DNA of 64,000 nucleotides from a virus, in the IMG/VR virus record IMGVR_UViG_3300037200_000088, positions 1 to 64,000 of that record, one strand, 5' to 3'. The notes beneath the pieces are model-generated. The model saw nothing but the letters and a program-made list of their open reading frames with translations, was not told where the DNA came from and searched no databases. The number at the start of each line of letters is the position of its first letter. Position 1 is the stretch's first letter. Below are positions 36,992 through 46,185 of this stretch, piece by piece. Both the position numbers and the translations under genes were made by a program.

Positions 36992-37219
36992 CTATTCGCC
37001 CCCGATTGAGAATTCGTAGCGACGACCGCCACGGTCTATGACGCCGGCAACCGAGCGCTCAGCGCTTGAGACTGTCGCCGCCGCCAAGCAAAGCTCACCG
37101 CCGATCAGCGTGGCGCCGTTCAAATTGGCGATATAGTTTCGCAGCGCTGACGGCGGTTCGGCGAACAGATCGCAAAGCGCCTCATGTTGCTTGCGGTCTA
37201 GCGCGTCTGTGCCTGCCAT
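36992..37219 (-). CDS. Hypothetical protein
   Basis: ORF filling gap in neck operon. Confidence 0.5.
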   Translation of the reverse strand: MAGTDALDRKQHEALCDLFAEPPSALRNYIANLNGATLIGGELCLAAATVSSAERSVAGVIDRGGRRYEFSIGGE

Positions 37220-37275
37220 AGGGTTTCTCGCTATTTCGGGCGAATGACGAAAGTCACCGCGGCATGTCTCAGTTT

Positions 37276-38055
37276 TCAGTATCCCCGAATTTTCCTCAGC
37301 GCCGCGGCGATCATTTCGTGTTCTTCGGCGGTGCCTGAATTCTTGATCGAGTTGGCCCTCCTGCCGACAATCCAGACATTGCCGGGCTCATAGCCGCGAG
37401 ACGAGTCGATGCGATCGATCGACGGGGAATAGATACCGTCGCGAACTTCTGGTGCCGGCCAAGGATGGCCGAGCAAAGGACAGTAATCACCCATCGGAGG
37501 AATGTCGCCTAGAACAATAGTAAATGTTCGGCCCATCCGTTTAGACCGGTGCTTAGCCTCTGCATACAGGAGCTTCACTATATTATTGGCTCGGTACCTG
37601 CGCGCTCTTGCCCGAAGAACTAGGACAGGTGTGTTTTTACGGCATTTTTTGTTTGATTCTTTCGCCCGTTCGGGGTGTCGCTCGCGATACTTCTTGGCAT
37701 GAGCAATGCGACGAGCGGCGAACGCGACCGGATCGCCCGCCCTTAATTCGGCCTCATATTGCCGCTGCCGCGCAACCCTGCGCTCACGAAGCTCGCCGTC
37801 AGTCTTTGTCTTCGGTCGCCCGGTTCGCTTTATTTTCTGGTATTCGCGCAGGTCTTCGGCCGTCTTTATCTCAGGTGGGACAGGATTAAGCTCGCGATAG
37901 CGCCGCCTTCGTATGGCTGCCTTCTCGGCTTCCCTCTTGTTATGCCCCACCGGATCGATCGCTTTTCGCTCAAGATAATACTCGTGCGCGCGCCTTAGTT
38001 TACGTTCTCGCGCCTCTTCAACGCTGTATTTTCTGGGCCGTCCGGTTTTTGACAT
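37276..38055 (-). CDS. HNH-type homing endonuclease
   Basis: CPLLG...SPSIDRIDSSRGYEPGNVWIV..RANSIK; two TGRP(R/K) motifs. Confidence 0.85.
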   Translation of the reverse strand: MSKTGRPRKYSVEEARERKLRRAHEYYLERKAIDPVGHNKREAEKAAIRRRRYRELNPVPPEIKTAEDLREYQKIKRTGRPKTKTDGELRERRVARQRQYEAELRAGDPVAFAARRIAHAKKYRERHPERAKESNKKCRKNTPVLVLRARARRYRANNIVKLLYAEAKHRSKRMGRTFTIVLGDIPPMGDYCPLLGHPWPAPEVRDGIYSPSIDRIDSSRGYEPGNVWIVGRRANSIKNSGTAEEHEMIAAALRKIRGY

Positions 38056-38070
38056 ATACAAACGTTATCA

Positions 38071-38634
38071 TCACTTGGCCCGTATAACAAATGATATGCT
38101 GTTTCTCAACGCCCCCGTGTCAATCAAAGGACTGAAGTCTCCGCCCATCCATTTCGCCATCATCGTCGATTTGCGCGCGTCGCTGGCGTTCTGATAGCCG
38201 ACCTTGCGCCGCAGCCGAGCGGCCTTGGTCGCATCCTTAATCGGGACGAACGGCCCATCGGTGATCTTCAATTGGACCGCGGCGGCGGCGGCTAGACCTA
38301 CCGCAACCAGTTGCTGTGTGACGTCGCCGACGCTCTTGAAGTCTAGCGCGAGCTCGCCGGCCTTTTTCAGCTTCGGCAGCAGCGCTGGCATTGCGCCTTG
38401 AACGCCGGGGACGAGGAATGGCCGCGCCGGGATGTTCTTGATCGGCGAGCCCGTTTCCATGATCCAGCCGAGCTGTGCGTTGTTAATCGGGCTCGGCTTG
38501 GCGCCTGGCGCGTCTTGGCGCTCAGCGTTCTCGGCCGGGATCCCCACGAGGACTTCGTTTTTTGTGAGAGTGCGAACAGCCTTGAGGACTTCCTCGACTT
38601 TGTCTTTCGTTATACGAACGCCCATCGGTTGCAA
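38071..38634 (-). CDS. Neck protein (virion morphogenesis)
   Basis: VLVGIP, NIPARPFL, PLIDTGALRNSI. Confidence 0.88.
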   Translation of the reverse strand: MQPMGVRITKDKVEEVLKAVRTLTKNEVLVGIPAENAERQDAPGAKPSPINNAQLGWIMETGSPIKNIPARPFLVPGVQGAMPALLPKLKKAGELALDFKSVGDVTQQLVAVGLAAAAAVQLKITDGPFVPIKDATKAARLRRKVGYQNASDARKSTMMAKWMGGDFSPLIDTGALRNSISFVIRAK

Positions 38635-39060
38635 TCACCGCAGGAACCGATTGCCAAACCCAAACACAGTCCGGCGCGGCGGCGGCGCAGCATAGAGCCC
38701 GCCCATCGCGGCCTGCTCGATAAGCTTCCAGAGCCGCTGCCCGTAGGACGTGGCGTTGTAGATCCCCGCGCCTTCCGTCGTCGCTACGTTGACGTCGTAG
38801 GACGCTGAGAGGCCGCCTGCAGCCTTGGACGTCAGCGGAGCAACGGTGGCGCCGGGAGTACCGCCCTTGGAGGCTGCGGCGGCCGTCTGCATGCCCAGCA
38901 CGATGTTGTGCGCCGCGAACAGCATTACCGCGAGATCGAAGCTAGTCCCGAGGCGCGCTGGATTGAACGTCGCCTGCGTGAACCAATAGGCGACCTGGTC
39001 ATCGCTGGCGGTTTCCGCAAATTCCGGAAATACGATCCGAAATGTCGGAACGTTAGGCAC
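38635..39060 (-). CDS. Head-tail adaptor (DUF4054-like)
   Basis: FRIVFPEF, LFAAH, SASYD, YNATSYGQ. Confidence 0.85.
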   Translation of the reverse strand: MPNVPTFRIVFPEFAETASDDQVAYWFTQATFNPARLGTSFDLAVMLFAAHNIVLGMQTAAAASKGGTPGATVAPLTSKAAGGLSASYDVNVATTEGAGIYNATSYGQRLWKLIEQAAMGGLYAAPPPRRTVFGFGNRFLR

Positions 39061-39637
39061 CCTGGAAACCGGCGGCGGCGCGCTGCTCGGACTCGGGAAC
39101 CTTGGCGAGGCCCGGGCCTGGCTTGTCCGAGTTGAGCGGCTCGGCGCCGGTCTTGAGGTCGCGCTGTGCGTCGGCATGGGCGAGCGCACGCGCGCGGTTC
39201 GGCTCGGCGAATATCGCGCCGGACTTCAGCGCCTTGAAATGGGGGTTGGCGGCGACCCAGGCTTCCCAGAATTCGGTCGGAACCTGAGTAATGCCGTAGC
39301 CGCCTACGATATTGGACGAGTTGCGCCCCTTGAGGGTGATCGAGCCGTCGAGCGGAATATGCTTGACGGTATTGTCGGGGGCTGTCTGCGCCCGGAACAA
39401 AGTCAGCTCCAGGCCGTGCGGCAATTTGCAGCCGATGTTAACGAAGTTGTTTGCAGGCGGCGGCGCCTCAACGAAGCGCGAGCGGGTTTCGGCCGGCCCT
39501 CGGCCCTCGTCGGCCTTGGCGGCGGCGAGCGCAGCGGCGCGGGTATCGGCGGCGGATTTGGCGTCTGCCTTATCCTTCTCTGCCTTGTCCTTGGCGTCCT
39601 GGGCCGCCTGGGCATTGTCGTCGTCTTTGCCGGCCAT
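39053..39637 (-). CDS. Conserved post-capsid protein
   Basis: GCKLPHGL, LKG.N, GYGIT.V..EFWEAW, G.IFA. Confidence 0.8.
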   Translation of the reverse strand: MAGKDDDNAQAAQDAKDKAEKDKADAKSAADTRAAALAAAKADEGRGPAETRSRFVEAPPPANNFVNIGCKLPHGLELTLFRAQTAPDNTVKHIPLDGSITLKGRNSSNIVGGYGITQVPTEFWEAWVAANPHFKALKSGAIFAEPNRARALAHADAQRDLKTGAEPLNSDKPGPGLAKVPESEQRAAAGFQGA

Positions 39638-39715
39638 GTCGCAGTTTCCTTCACGGTTTGAGGGCTATTTCGCGAATTTGCGTAAAGCCGGATTCCGGTC
39701 CTGTTTCTTTGCGCG

Positions 39716-40741
39716 TCAGACTCCGAGCATCTGAGCGATGGCAACCGGGCGGGGAATGATCGCGCCCCATCCGCCGCCGATCTTCTTTTGCTTGTAGGAG
39801 CTGAGATCAGAGACGATACGGCCGGCGCGAAGTTTCTCGGTAAATGCCGTGTAGGCCGTCCTCTGACCGTCGTATTCGTCGACGTAGAGTTGGATCAGCT
39901 CACCAGCGGCGGTGTTGTATTCGGGAACGGTCACGATCTTCAGGTTGGGCCAATTCTCGTAAATCGCCTTGCGAACGCTGGCCATCGTGTAGGCAGTCAC
40001 CGCGCTCATGTAGGGCTCGACGATCGGGGATAGGGCCATCGTCAACGGCGTGTCGCGATCAATCATCGCCGGCATTTGGCTTTGCAGCTTGGTATAGAGC
40101 AACTGGACATCTTGGAAGATTTCACTCGCGAGCGCGACCGCCCAAGTTGTCCCGCCGGCGACCTTCGTCACCGGGGTAATTGGAGCCAAAAGCGCCGGAT
40201 CGTTGAGCAGCCCGTAATTCTGCAATGAGCCGATGCCGAACAGATACATCTGATTCTGGAATTTGCTCATCGTCAAGGCGGACGAAAAATTCAAATCCGA
40301 AACATAGTTGATCTGCGCGAGGCCGAACATCTCGGTTTCACGATCGCCGTATTGGGTGATCGTCTGGTAATGGTAGGACTGCCGCGGTTCCCACTGATAG
40401 TTGGACCCGGTCGAGCCGTTGTTGCTATAGTCGTTATAGCTCGCGACTTCGCCAGTGGCCTCGACCATCGGGAACTGAGCGGTCAGTGTTACCCAATCGC
40501 CCTTTTTCTGTTCCGGGGCGACCATCGCGGCTTTCATCGGCGTGGTCAAAACGCGGATGGTTTTCGGGTCGAGCAGATTCGCCATATAGGCGGGAATGCC
40601 AACGTTCTGTGCGGTGATCATCGTCGGCTGGGCGTCGAGCGCCAGTTGCGGATTGTCCCGCCAATCCTCAGCCATGTACTCGGCAAATTCGGGAACGATG
40701 ATGCCTCGGCGTTCGAGCACCCGTAGCTGATCTGCACGCAT
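39716..40741 (-). CDS. Major capsid protein (DUF2184-like)
   Basis: ALDAQP..IT..N.GIP, KKGDW, RQSYHYQT, LQNYGLLNDP. Confidence 0.92.
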   Translation of the reverse strand: MRADQLRVLERRGIIVPEFAEYMAEDWRDNPQLALDAQPTMITAQNVGIPAYMANLLDPKTIRVLTTPMKAAMVAPEQKKGDWVTLTAQFPMVEATGEVASYNDYSNNGSTGSNYQWEPRQSYHYQTITQYGDRETEMFGLAQINYVSDLNFSSALTMSKFQNQMYLFGIGSLQNYGLLNDPALLAPITPVTKVAGGTTWAVALASEIFQDVQLLYTKLQSQMPAMIDRDTPLTMALSPIVEPYMSAVTAYTMASVRKAIYENWPNLKIVTVPEYNTAAGELIQLYVDEYDGQRTAYTAFTEKLRAGRIVSDLSSYKQKKIGGGWGAIIPRPVAIAQMLGV

Positions 40742-40891
40742 TTTATTTCGTCCTTTCTTGGCGGTAAGCGCACGGAAATTCAGCCGCTAGGAGGTGCCTG
40801 CGGAGCCGCACTCAGGGGTTCGGATTTGGTTGGAGGTCTTTGGTTCGCGCTGATTGTCAGGCGCGCGCGTCCTGGGGGACTGAGGGGTTTT

Positions 40892-41827
40892 TTAGTGCGG
40901 GCTGATCTTGGCCAGTTCGCCGGCCGCCGCGTAGGTGTCGACGTACCAAGCTGTTTCGATCGCGCCGGCCGAGGTGAAAGAGGTGCTCGAAACCACCGTC
41001 GCGTTGTTGACGATGTATGTCCCGAGGCCACCAGTCCCGGTCCCGAGCGCGGTGATCTGCGTCGCGCCGGAGCCACCGGTCAGGGTGTCGCCCACCGCGA
41101 ACGTGCCGGTGAGGCCAGACGCGGCGGTGAAGACGCCGTAGGCCTGCGTGATCGCCTCCGAGGCGAGGGTCTGCGCGATCGACACCTCGTACGTGCCGAC
41201 GCCGCCAGCGGTCCCGGAAAGTTGGCTGAGCACCGTTTGGCCCGAGACAACGTTGGTGCCGGAGAGCACGCCGCCCGGCTGGATGACGCCCGGGCTACCA
41301 GTCGGCGCGGTCGTGACCGTCATAATGCCGCCTTCCTCGTCCAGATTGAACGGGTTGGCTGGTGCGATAGAGGCGGTGAACGAGGCGGCGCCGGCGGCGA
41401 TCGAACCAGTGACGGCGCCCGCGGCCGGTGGCGTAGCCGTCGCTGCGGCGTAGCAACTCCCGTCCGCATAGTTCGCATAGACTTTTTGGCCAGGGGTCGC
41501 GCCGGCGGCAAAGCGAGCCCAAAAGTCGCCGGACGACATCAGGTTGATTTCATATCCCGGGACGACGATCATGGTTGAGCGACCCAACCATTGCGTGATC
41601 AGCGCGACGTTGTCCCTATGGACAAAGCCGATGCGACCATTGCCGCCGCCGCCGATGTTGCGAACGACGCCATCGTTATCGGCCCAAGCGAAGCGCCCGA
41701 CGGTGACGCCAAGCGGCCCAGCGACCAGGCCTCCGGCGCTGGTGAGCATGCTCGATCGCGGATTGGACGAAGCGAAATCGCCCTCGATGGCCTGGGCCGG
41801 CTGAGCGTTGACGACTTGCTGAAACAT
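40892..41827 (-). CDS. Capsid cement/decoration protein
   Basis: FQQVVN.QPA.AIEGDFASSNPR, VGRFAW, GDFWA, GELAKIS. Confidence 0.85.
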   Translation of the reverse strand: MFQQVVNAQPAQAIEGDFASSNPRSSMLTSAGGLVAGPLGVTVGRFAWADNDGVVRNIGGGGNGRIGFVHRDNVALITQWLGRSTMIVVPGYEINLMSSGDFWARFAAGATPGQKVYANYADGSCYAAATATPPAAGAVTGSIAAGAASFTASIAPANPFNLDEEGGIMTVTTAPTGSPGVIQPGGVLSGTNVVSGQTVLSQLSGTAGGVGTYEVSIAQTLASEAITQAYGVFTAASGLTGTFAVGDTLTGGSGATQITALGTGTGGLGTYIVNNATVVSSTSFTSAGAIETAWYVDTYAAAGELAKISPH

Positions 41828-41864
41828 TGGATTCTCCTATTTGCGCGAGGGCGACAGGCGGGCC

Positions 41865-42845
41865 TTAGGCGAAGTGCCGAACTGGGGCGGCGTTCGGAAA
41901 CATCTTTTTGAATTCCGCCTCGGCGTCGTCGGTGCGAACCGCTTTTGAATCGCCGACCAGCGTCGTTTGGCGCTCGCCCGGCTTCGGCGTCATCTTGATC
42001 AGCGATCGGAGCGCGCTTGCGTGAACCTTGTCCGCATCGGGGATTTTGAGCATGATCGCGGCGGCGCGCTCGATTTCCTCGGCGCTGTCGTAAGCGATGG
42101 CGAGGGTTCCGACCCACGGGCGGACGAACGCTTCAGCGTCACGGGCGCCGCGCATTTTCGCCATGATACGCGCCTCGGTTGCTTTGGAGGCGGCTTGAAC
42201 GGCCTCATCCATCGCCCCTTGGTTGATCGGCGGGTCAGCGGCGTCGCGGGCGGCTTTGTCCTTGGCGGCCTTGTCCTCGGCCTCCTTTTTCTCCTTGGCC
42301 TCGCGCTTCTCCTTTTCCTCTTCGGTCTCGTCCTTGGCTGCCTTGTCCTTGGCGGCCTTGGCGTCGCGAGCCTTCTTGTCCTTGGCCTCTTTTTCCTTCT
42401 TTTCGCGGGCCTCTTTTTCTTCCTCGGTCTCGTCGGCCTCGTCTTTGGCCTTTGGCTTTTCCTCGGCCGGGTCCATCTCATCGAACGCGCCGAGGAACGC
42501 GGCGAAGTCATCCAGCTTGGCGTCGCTCGCCAACTTGCCCTTGGTCGCCGCCGTCACGCCCGCGATGATCGCCGGCTTGCTGGCCTTGAAATTCAAATGG
42601 GTGATCTCGGCAAAGACAGGCGTCAGATCAGGCTTGGCGTCGGCGGCCAGCTTGCCGGCCAGATACCCAATCGACGCGCCCTGAACAAGGAGCGCCTTGC
42701 GGCTTAGAACTGCGGTGGTCATGGTTGGCTGCTCCTTCGTTGACTGGTCTTCTGCGAGCAAGGACTCGTCGAGTCCAAGCGCTTTCAGGGCCTCTTGCGG
42801 CGTTTTGAACTTGTTTCGGAGCGCGGCGGCGAGCGGCGATTTCAT
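41865..42845 (-). CDS. Scaffolding protein (second AAGGAG-ATG start at 42722)
   Basis: Charged AKD/EEEKE repeats, V.PWVG....DSA, HASAL; position before cement gene. Confidence 0.8.
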   Translation of the reverse strand: MKSPLAAALRNKFKTPQEALKALGLDESLLAEDQSTKEQPTMTTAVLSRKALLVQGASIGYLAGKLAADAKPDLTPVFAEITHLNFKASKPAIIAGVTAATKGKLASDAKLDDFAAFLGAFDEMDPAEEKPKAKDEADETEEEKEAREKKEKEAKDKKARDAKAAKDKAAKDETEEEKEKREAKEKKEAEDKAAKDKAARDAADPPINQGAMDEAVQAASKATEARIMAKMRGARDAEAFVRPWVGTLAIAYDSAEEIERAAAIMLKIPDADKVHASALRSLIKMTPKPGERQTTLVGDSKAVRTDDAEAEFKKMFPNAAPVRHFA

Positions 42846-42885
42846 TGGAGTGGCATTCCGAAAACCCTTCGGCTATCGTGGGTTG

Positions 42886-43710
42886 ATGGCGATCATGACC
42901 GCGCAACCGAAGACGGATTTCTACGTTTACGTGTTATTTGACGCTGACGGCGTCCCCCGCTACGTCGGTAAGGGACGGCTCGGCCGCTGGAATGGGCATG
43001 CGCAGAAGCCGTTCGTGGCTGCCTCCATTGCGGCCTTTGGCGATGTACCGAAGGTCAAGGTCCGGGAGCAGCTTTCCGAATACGAGGCCTACTCGATCGA
43101 GCACGCGCTGATTTGCTCACTGGGACGCGCGCCTGATGGGCCGCTTGTGAACCGCACGGACAAAGGAAGTGGTCCGAATAGTCGGCAAGTTGCCGACTGG
43201 CACGCGTCGAGGCCGTTCGAAGACCGATCGGCAATCGCGAAGAAAGCGCGCGCGACGTGGCGGGAGCGCACTACGCCCGAGCAGCGTAGTGCGACCGGCC
43301 GGGCGAACGCGTTAGCACATGGAAGCGAGGCGATCAGTGAGCGTTCGCGGCGGACGCGCGCGGCCGAAACGCCAGAGGAAAAATCACTTAGAGGACGGGC
43401 AGGCGGTCTTGCCTCAGCAACCGCGCTCACTCCCGAACAGCGGAAGGGCCGCCGCAAGGGCCTCACCGTATATTGGGAGAACACAACACCTGATGAGCGA
43501 CGCTCAATTGCGAAGAAAACCGGACTGGGCAGAGCGGCAGCTTCCGACCTTAGCGCTTGGGGCAAGCGCGGGGCCACCTCTCTTAACGGTTCACGAACGC
43601 CCGCGGAACGATCTGCGCTCGCGAGAAAGGCCGCGCTAGCCGGCGCAGCGAAGCGCCTACAGGCCGCGCAGCGCGCTCGAGATCAACTCCCACTCGCGAT
43701 CGAAGATTGA
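42886..43710 (+). CDS. GIY-YIG homing endonuclease, antisense, with TPE.RS repeats
   Basis: FYVYVLF...RYVGKG, GPLVNRTD.G; 3' end overlaps protease gene by 54 nt. Confidence 0.85.
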   Translation: MAIMTAQPKTDFYVYVLFDADGVPRYVGKGRLGRWNGHAQKPFVAASIAAFGDVPKVKVREQLSEYEAYSIEHALICSLGRAPDGPLVNRTDKGSGPNSRQVADWHASRPFEDRSAIAKKARATWRERTTPEQRSATGRANALAHGSEAISERSRRTRAAETPEEKSLRGRAGGLASATALTPEQRKGRRKGLTVYWENTTPDERRSIAKKTGLGRAAASDLSAWGKRGATSLNGSRTPAERSALARKAALAGAAKRLQAAQRARDQLPLAIED

Positions 43711-44271
43711 CGCGTCACCAATCAATACGTCAGGCCCCGCCCTTCCTTCGACCACTATCGCGACATGATTTCCTACGATAGCCGTCATTCGGCCATCGTA
43801 GGATTCACCCTGAAATGCGCCGGGCTCCATGATTGGTTTGTAAGCATAACTGCATGACAACTCTCTTTTGAGTCCTTCCTCGATCTTCTCGATATCTGAG
43901 GCTGGCCAGACGACCAGGCTGTTGTCGAGGTAGGGGAACGTGAACTTGGCGTCAGTTCCGGTTGACCCAACGACGAGGTCCGGTTTGTGATCCTTGGCCG
44001 TGTGAGCGACGTGACGGCTCATCAGCGGAATGTTGTTGAAGCTTTCGGCGGCGGCTTCCAATTCTCCGGGATCTCTAAACATTTTGTAGGCGCGGTCGCG
44101 GTCGAGCCCCAACTCTTGCCAATGCGGAATTTCGCGACCGAAGTATGTATTGACCACGGCCTTGCTGATATGCGCCGAGCCAACGTGCAGCCGGCCGTAA
44201 ATGTCATAGCGGCGCGTCGACTCGCCTGGCTGCGGCTGGCGGTCGAACGCCAGAGCCGGCTCAGTCGTCAT
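43657..44271 (-). CDS. Prohead protease (DUF2213-like)
   Basis: ISKAVVN.Y.GREIP, RELSCSY, GNHVAIVVEGRAGPDV. Confidence 0.9.
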   Translation of the reverse strand: MTTEPALAFDRQPQPGESTRRYDIYGRLHVGSAHISKAVVNTYFGREIPHWQELGLDRDRAYKMFRDPGELEAAAESFNNIPLMSRHVAHTAKDHKPDLVVGSTGTDAKFTFPYLDNSLVVWPASDIEKIEEGLKRELSCSYAYKPIMEPGAFQGESYDGRMTAIVGNHVAIVVEGRAGPDVLIGDASIFDREWELISSALRGL

Positions 44272-44283
44272 GTCGGTTTGTCC

Positions 44284-44484
44284 CTATTGATGCGCCCAGT
44301 ATTTGACGGCGAGGCCGAAGAGATTCCAGCCGATGACCGCCAAGCCGCAAGCGATGATCGCGACCCCGCCGAGCCAAGCGATCGGAACCAAGGCGGTTCT
44401 GCGGGTCGGGTCGGCTCTATTTACGGCGACCCCCATGCTCAGCGCGCCGACAATGATGAAGCCGGACGCGACAAGCCAGGGCAT
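44284..44484 (-). CDS. Small two-TM membrane protein
   Basis: AAGGA SD; two hydrophobic segments. Confidence 0.6.
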   Translation of the reverse strand: MPWLVASGFIIVGALSMGVAVNRADPTRRTALVPIAWLGGVAIIACGLAVIGWNLFGLAVKYWAHQ

Positions 44485-44497
44485 TTGCGGTTGGTCC

Positions 44498-45262
44498 TTA
44501 GTCGGGAATGAGCGGCGCGCCGTAGCACCTGCAATTCCAGGTAGTGCCAGGATTTCCACGAATGTCTGGCGCGTCGCAAATTGGCGGGTCGTCGTAACGA
44601 AACGTCTTTCGATTCAGCGCGCGGTGCGACGGTCGCACATTGCTGTCGCCCGCCGTGACCCACGTGTAGTGGGTAACCCCGATATGCTGCGCCCGCACTT
44701 GGGTCAGCGTCGCTGCCGTCCGCGCTGTTTCCGTCCGGGCTATGAGCGTCGCCCGTGACCGCGTAACCTCGCCCGTCTCCATGATCCGCGCCGCGATCTC
44801 CCCCGGGCGCGTCCCCTGGATGAGCCCTTCTTGCGTGAGTTCGCGAACTCGCACTGCAGCCTCGGTCGGCAGGCTCGTGATCAGCGCCACTTGCTCCGCC
44901 AGCAGCCTTCGCATCGCGGCCCCAGTCGGCGCGCCTTCGATCTCCTTGCGCAGCGCGCGGCCCATCTTGACGGCGACGGAGGCCCAATTCTGTTCGTCGC
45001 GGGCCGCGGTTTCACGGATCATCCGCCATGCGACAGAACCGGCCCAGGGCTCAAGCAGGCGCCCGTATTCGGTCAGCGCGGTCTGGACGAAAACATTGCC
45101 CTCAAGGTTTTCGACGTCGAAGCCGGCAACCAAGTCGCCGACATGTCTCGCAACCGATCGCAGCTTAGCCGCGTAGTAGGCTTCGATCCTCTTGGCGCGG
45201 GCAAACGGGGCTTTGGCTTCGTTGGCCTTGCGGTCGATCGCGAGGCCGCGGAGGTGGATCAC
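44498..45262 (-). CDS. Head morphogenesis protein (SPP1 gp7/Mu gpF family)
   Basis: RATLIARTE, Y.W.TAGD..VR.SH, PG..WNCRC. Confidence 0.92.
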   Translation of the reverse strand: MIHLRGLAIDRKANEAKAPFARAKRIEAYYAAKLRSVARHVGDLVAGFDVENLEGNVFVQTALTEYGRLLEPWAGSVAWRMIRETAARDEQNWASVAVKMGRALRKEIEGAPTGAAMRRLLAEQVALITSLPTEAAVRVRELTQEGLIQGTRPGEIAARIMETGEVTRSRATLIARTETARTAATLTQVRAQHIGVTHYTWVTAGDSNVRPSHRALNRKTFRYDDPPICDAPDIRGNPGTTWNCRCYGAPLIPD

Positions 45263-45567
45263 GCCGCCAGGCGCTTGTCGAGCATTGGTCCAAACGGAGT
45301 GTAACTCATCTTGGGAAAGAACTTCGGGTCGTAATCCGGGCTCCATGGGCGCATCTTTCGAAGGACGTCCTCGGGCCACATCCCCATCCCAGGGCACATC
45401 TCCGGCGGATATTTGGCCGCGAAAGCGCATGCGCCTGCGAACGTAGCGTCTACCATGTCATAGTCAGGCGATGGATTGATGATCCGCCAAATCCCCTGAT
45501 ACGGCATTATGTGCGGCCGATTTCGCTGGCGGGCGATCTGCCGCTCGCGCGCAAAGGGATCACTCAT
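45259..45567 (-). CDS. Hypothetical protein
   Basis: ATGA/GTGA coupling at both ends. Confidence 0.65.
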   Translation of the reverse strand: MSDPFARERQIARQRNRPHIMPYQGIWRIINPSPDYDMVDATFAGACAFAAKYPPEMCPGMGMWPEDVLRKMRPWSPDYDPKFFPKMSYTPFGPMLDKRLAA

Positions 45568-45932
45568 TTTGGCGTCCCCTTGTAGCCGCCCAGATAAGCT
45601 TTCCGTATTTCCGCCAGTTGCGCCGCCACACGGTCGAATTCCTCAAGTGACACGCCGCCGAACATCTTGCCACCAATCAACACGGCGATCTTGCCGGGCC
45701 GCGGGGGGTCCGTCATGAAGCACTCAACTCCGAGGGTTATGCCGTCCACGTAGTCGGCGTGCCGCTCCGCCGTGGGGAACGGAGGCATGCCAATAGGAAT
45801 AAACGGGGGCACCGGCTTCTGCTCCTTGTCTATCCGCGGTGGCCCTTGGTTCATCCACTGCAGAAAGGGTTGCGCTGCCGGCGGCGCCGCTGAGATTGGA
45901 TACGCGCGGCCGACAACTAAGGGCTCACTCAT
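45564..45932 (-). CDS. Hypothetical protein
   Basis: GGAG SD, coupled. Confidence 0.65.
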   Translation of the reverse strand: MSEPLVVGRAYPISAAPPAAQPFLQWMNQGPPRIDKEQKPVPPFIPIGMPPFPTAERHADYVDGITLGVECFMTDPPRPGKIAVLIGGKMFGGVSLEEFDRVAAQLAEIRKAYLGGYKGTPK

Positions 45933-46161
45933 CGCGCTTCTCCCGTTCCGTGTAGTGGCGCCTTACGACCTTCCACGCCCAGAAATCGGGGTCGCCGACC
46001 AACGCCATTCCGAGATGCAGCCCTTGATCGTACTTGAAAATCAACGCCATCTCATAAGGCGTTATGTCCGCAAGAGGATTGAAGAAAAATCGTTCCCCTA
46101 CAATGTGCTCATCCGCCGTTTCGTGGCTGAACCACGTTTTGAAGCCCTCAATCATACTCAT
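45925..46161 (-). CDS. Hypothetical protein
   Basis: GGAGG SD; FNPLADITPYEMAL motif. Confidence 0.65.
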   Translation of the reverse strand: MSMIEGFKTWFSHETADEHIVGERFFFNPLADITPYEMALIFKYDQGLHLGMALVGDPDFWAWKVVRRHYTEREKRDE

Positions 46162-46185
46162 CGGTCGCCTCCGCCGACTGGAATA

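Noticed and set aside
42260-42460. Tandem DNA repeats
   Set aside because: Explained by low-complexity AKD/EEEKE coding in the scaffold
42846-43710. Group I intron or intein around the endonuclease genes
   Set aside because: Almost no non-coding flank for a ribozyme core, and no intein terminal motifs seen in TerL, capsid or other ORFs
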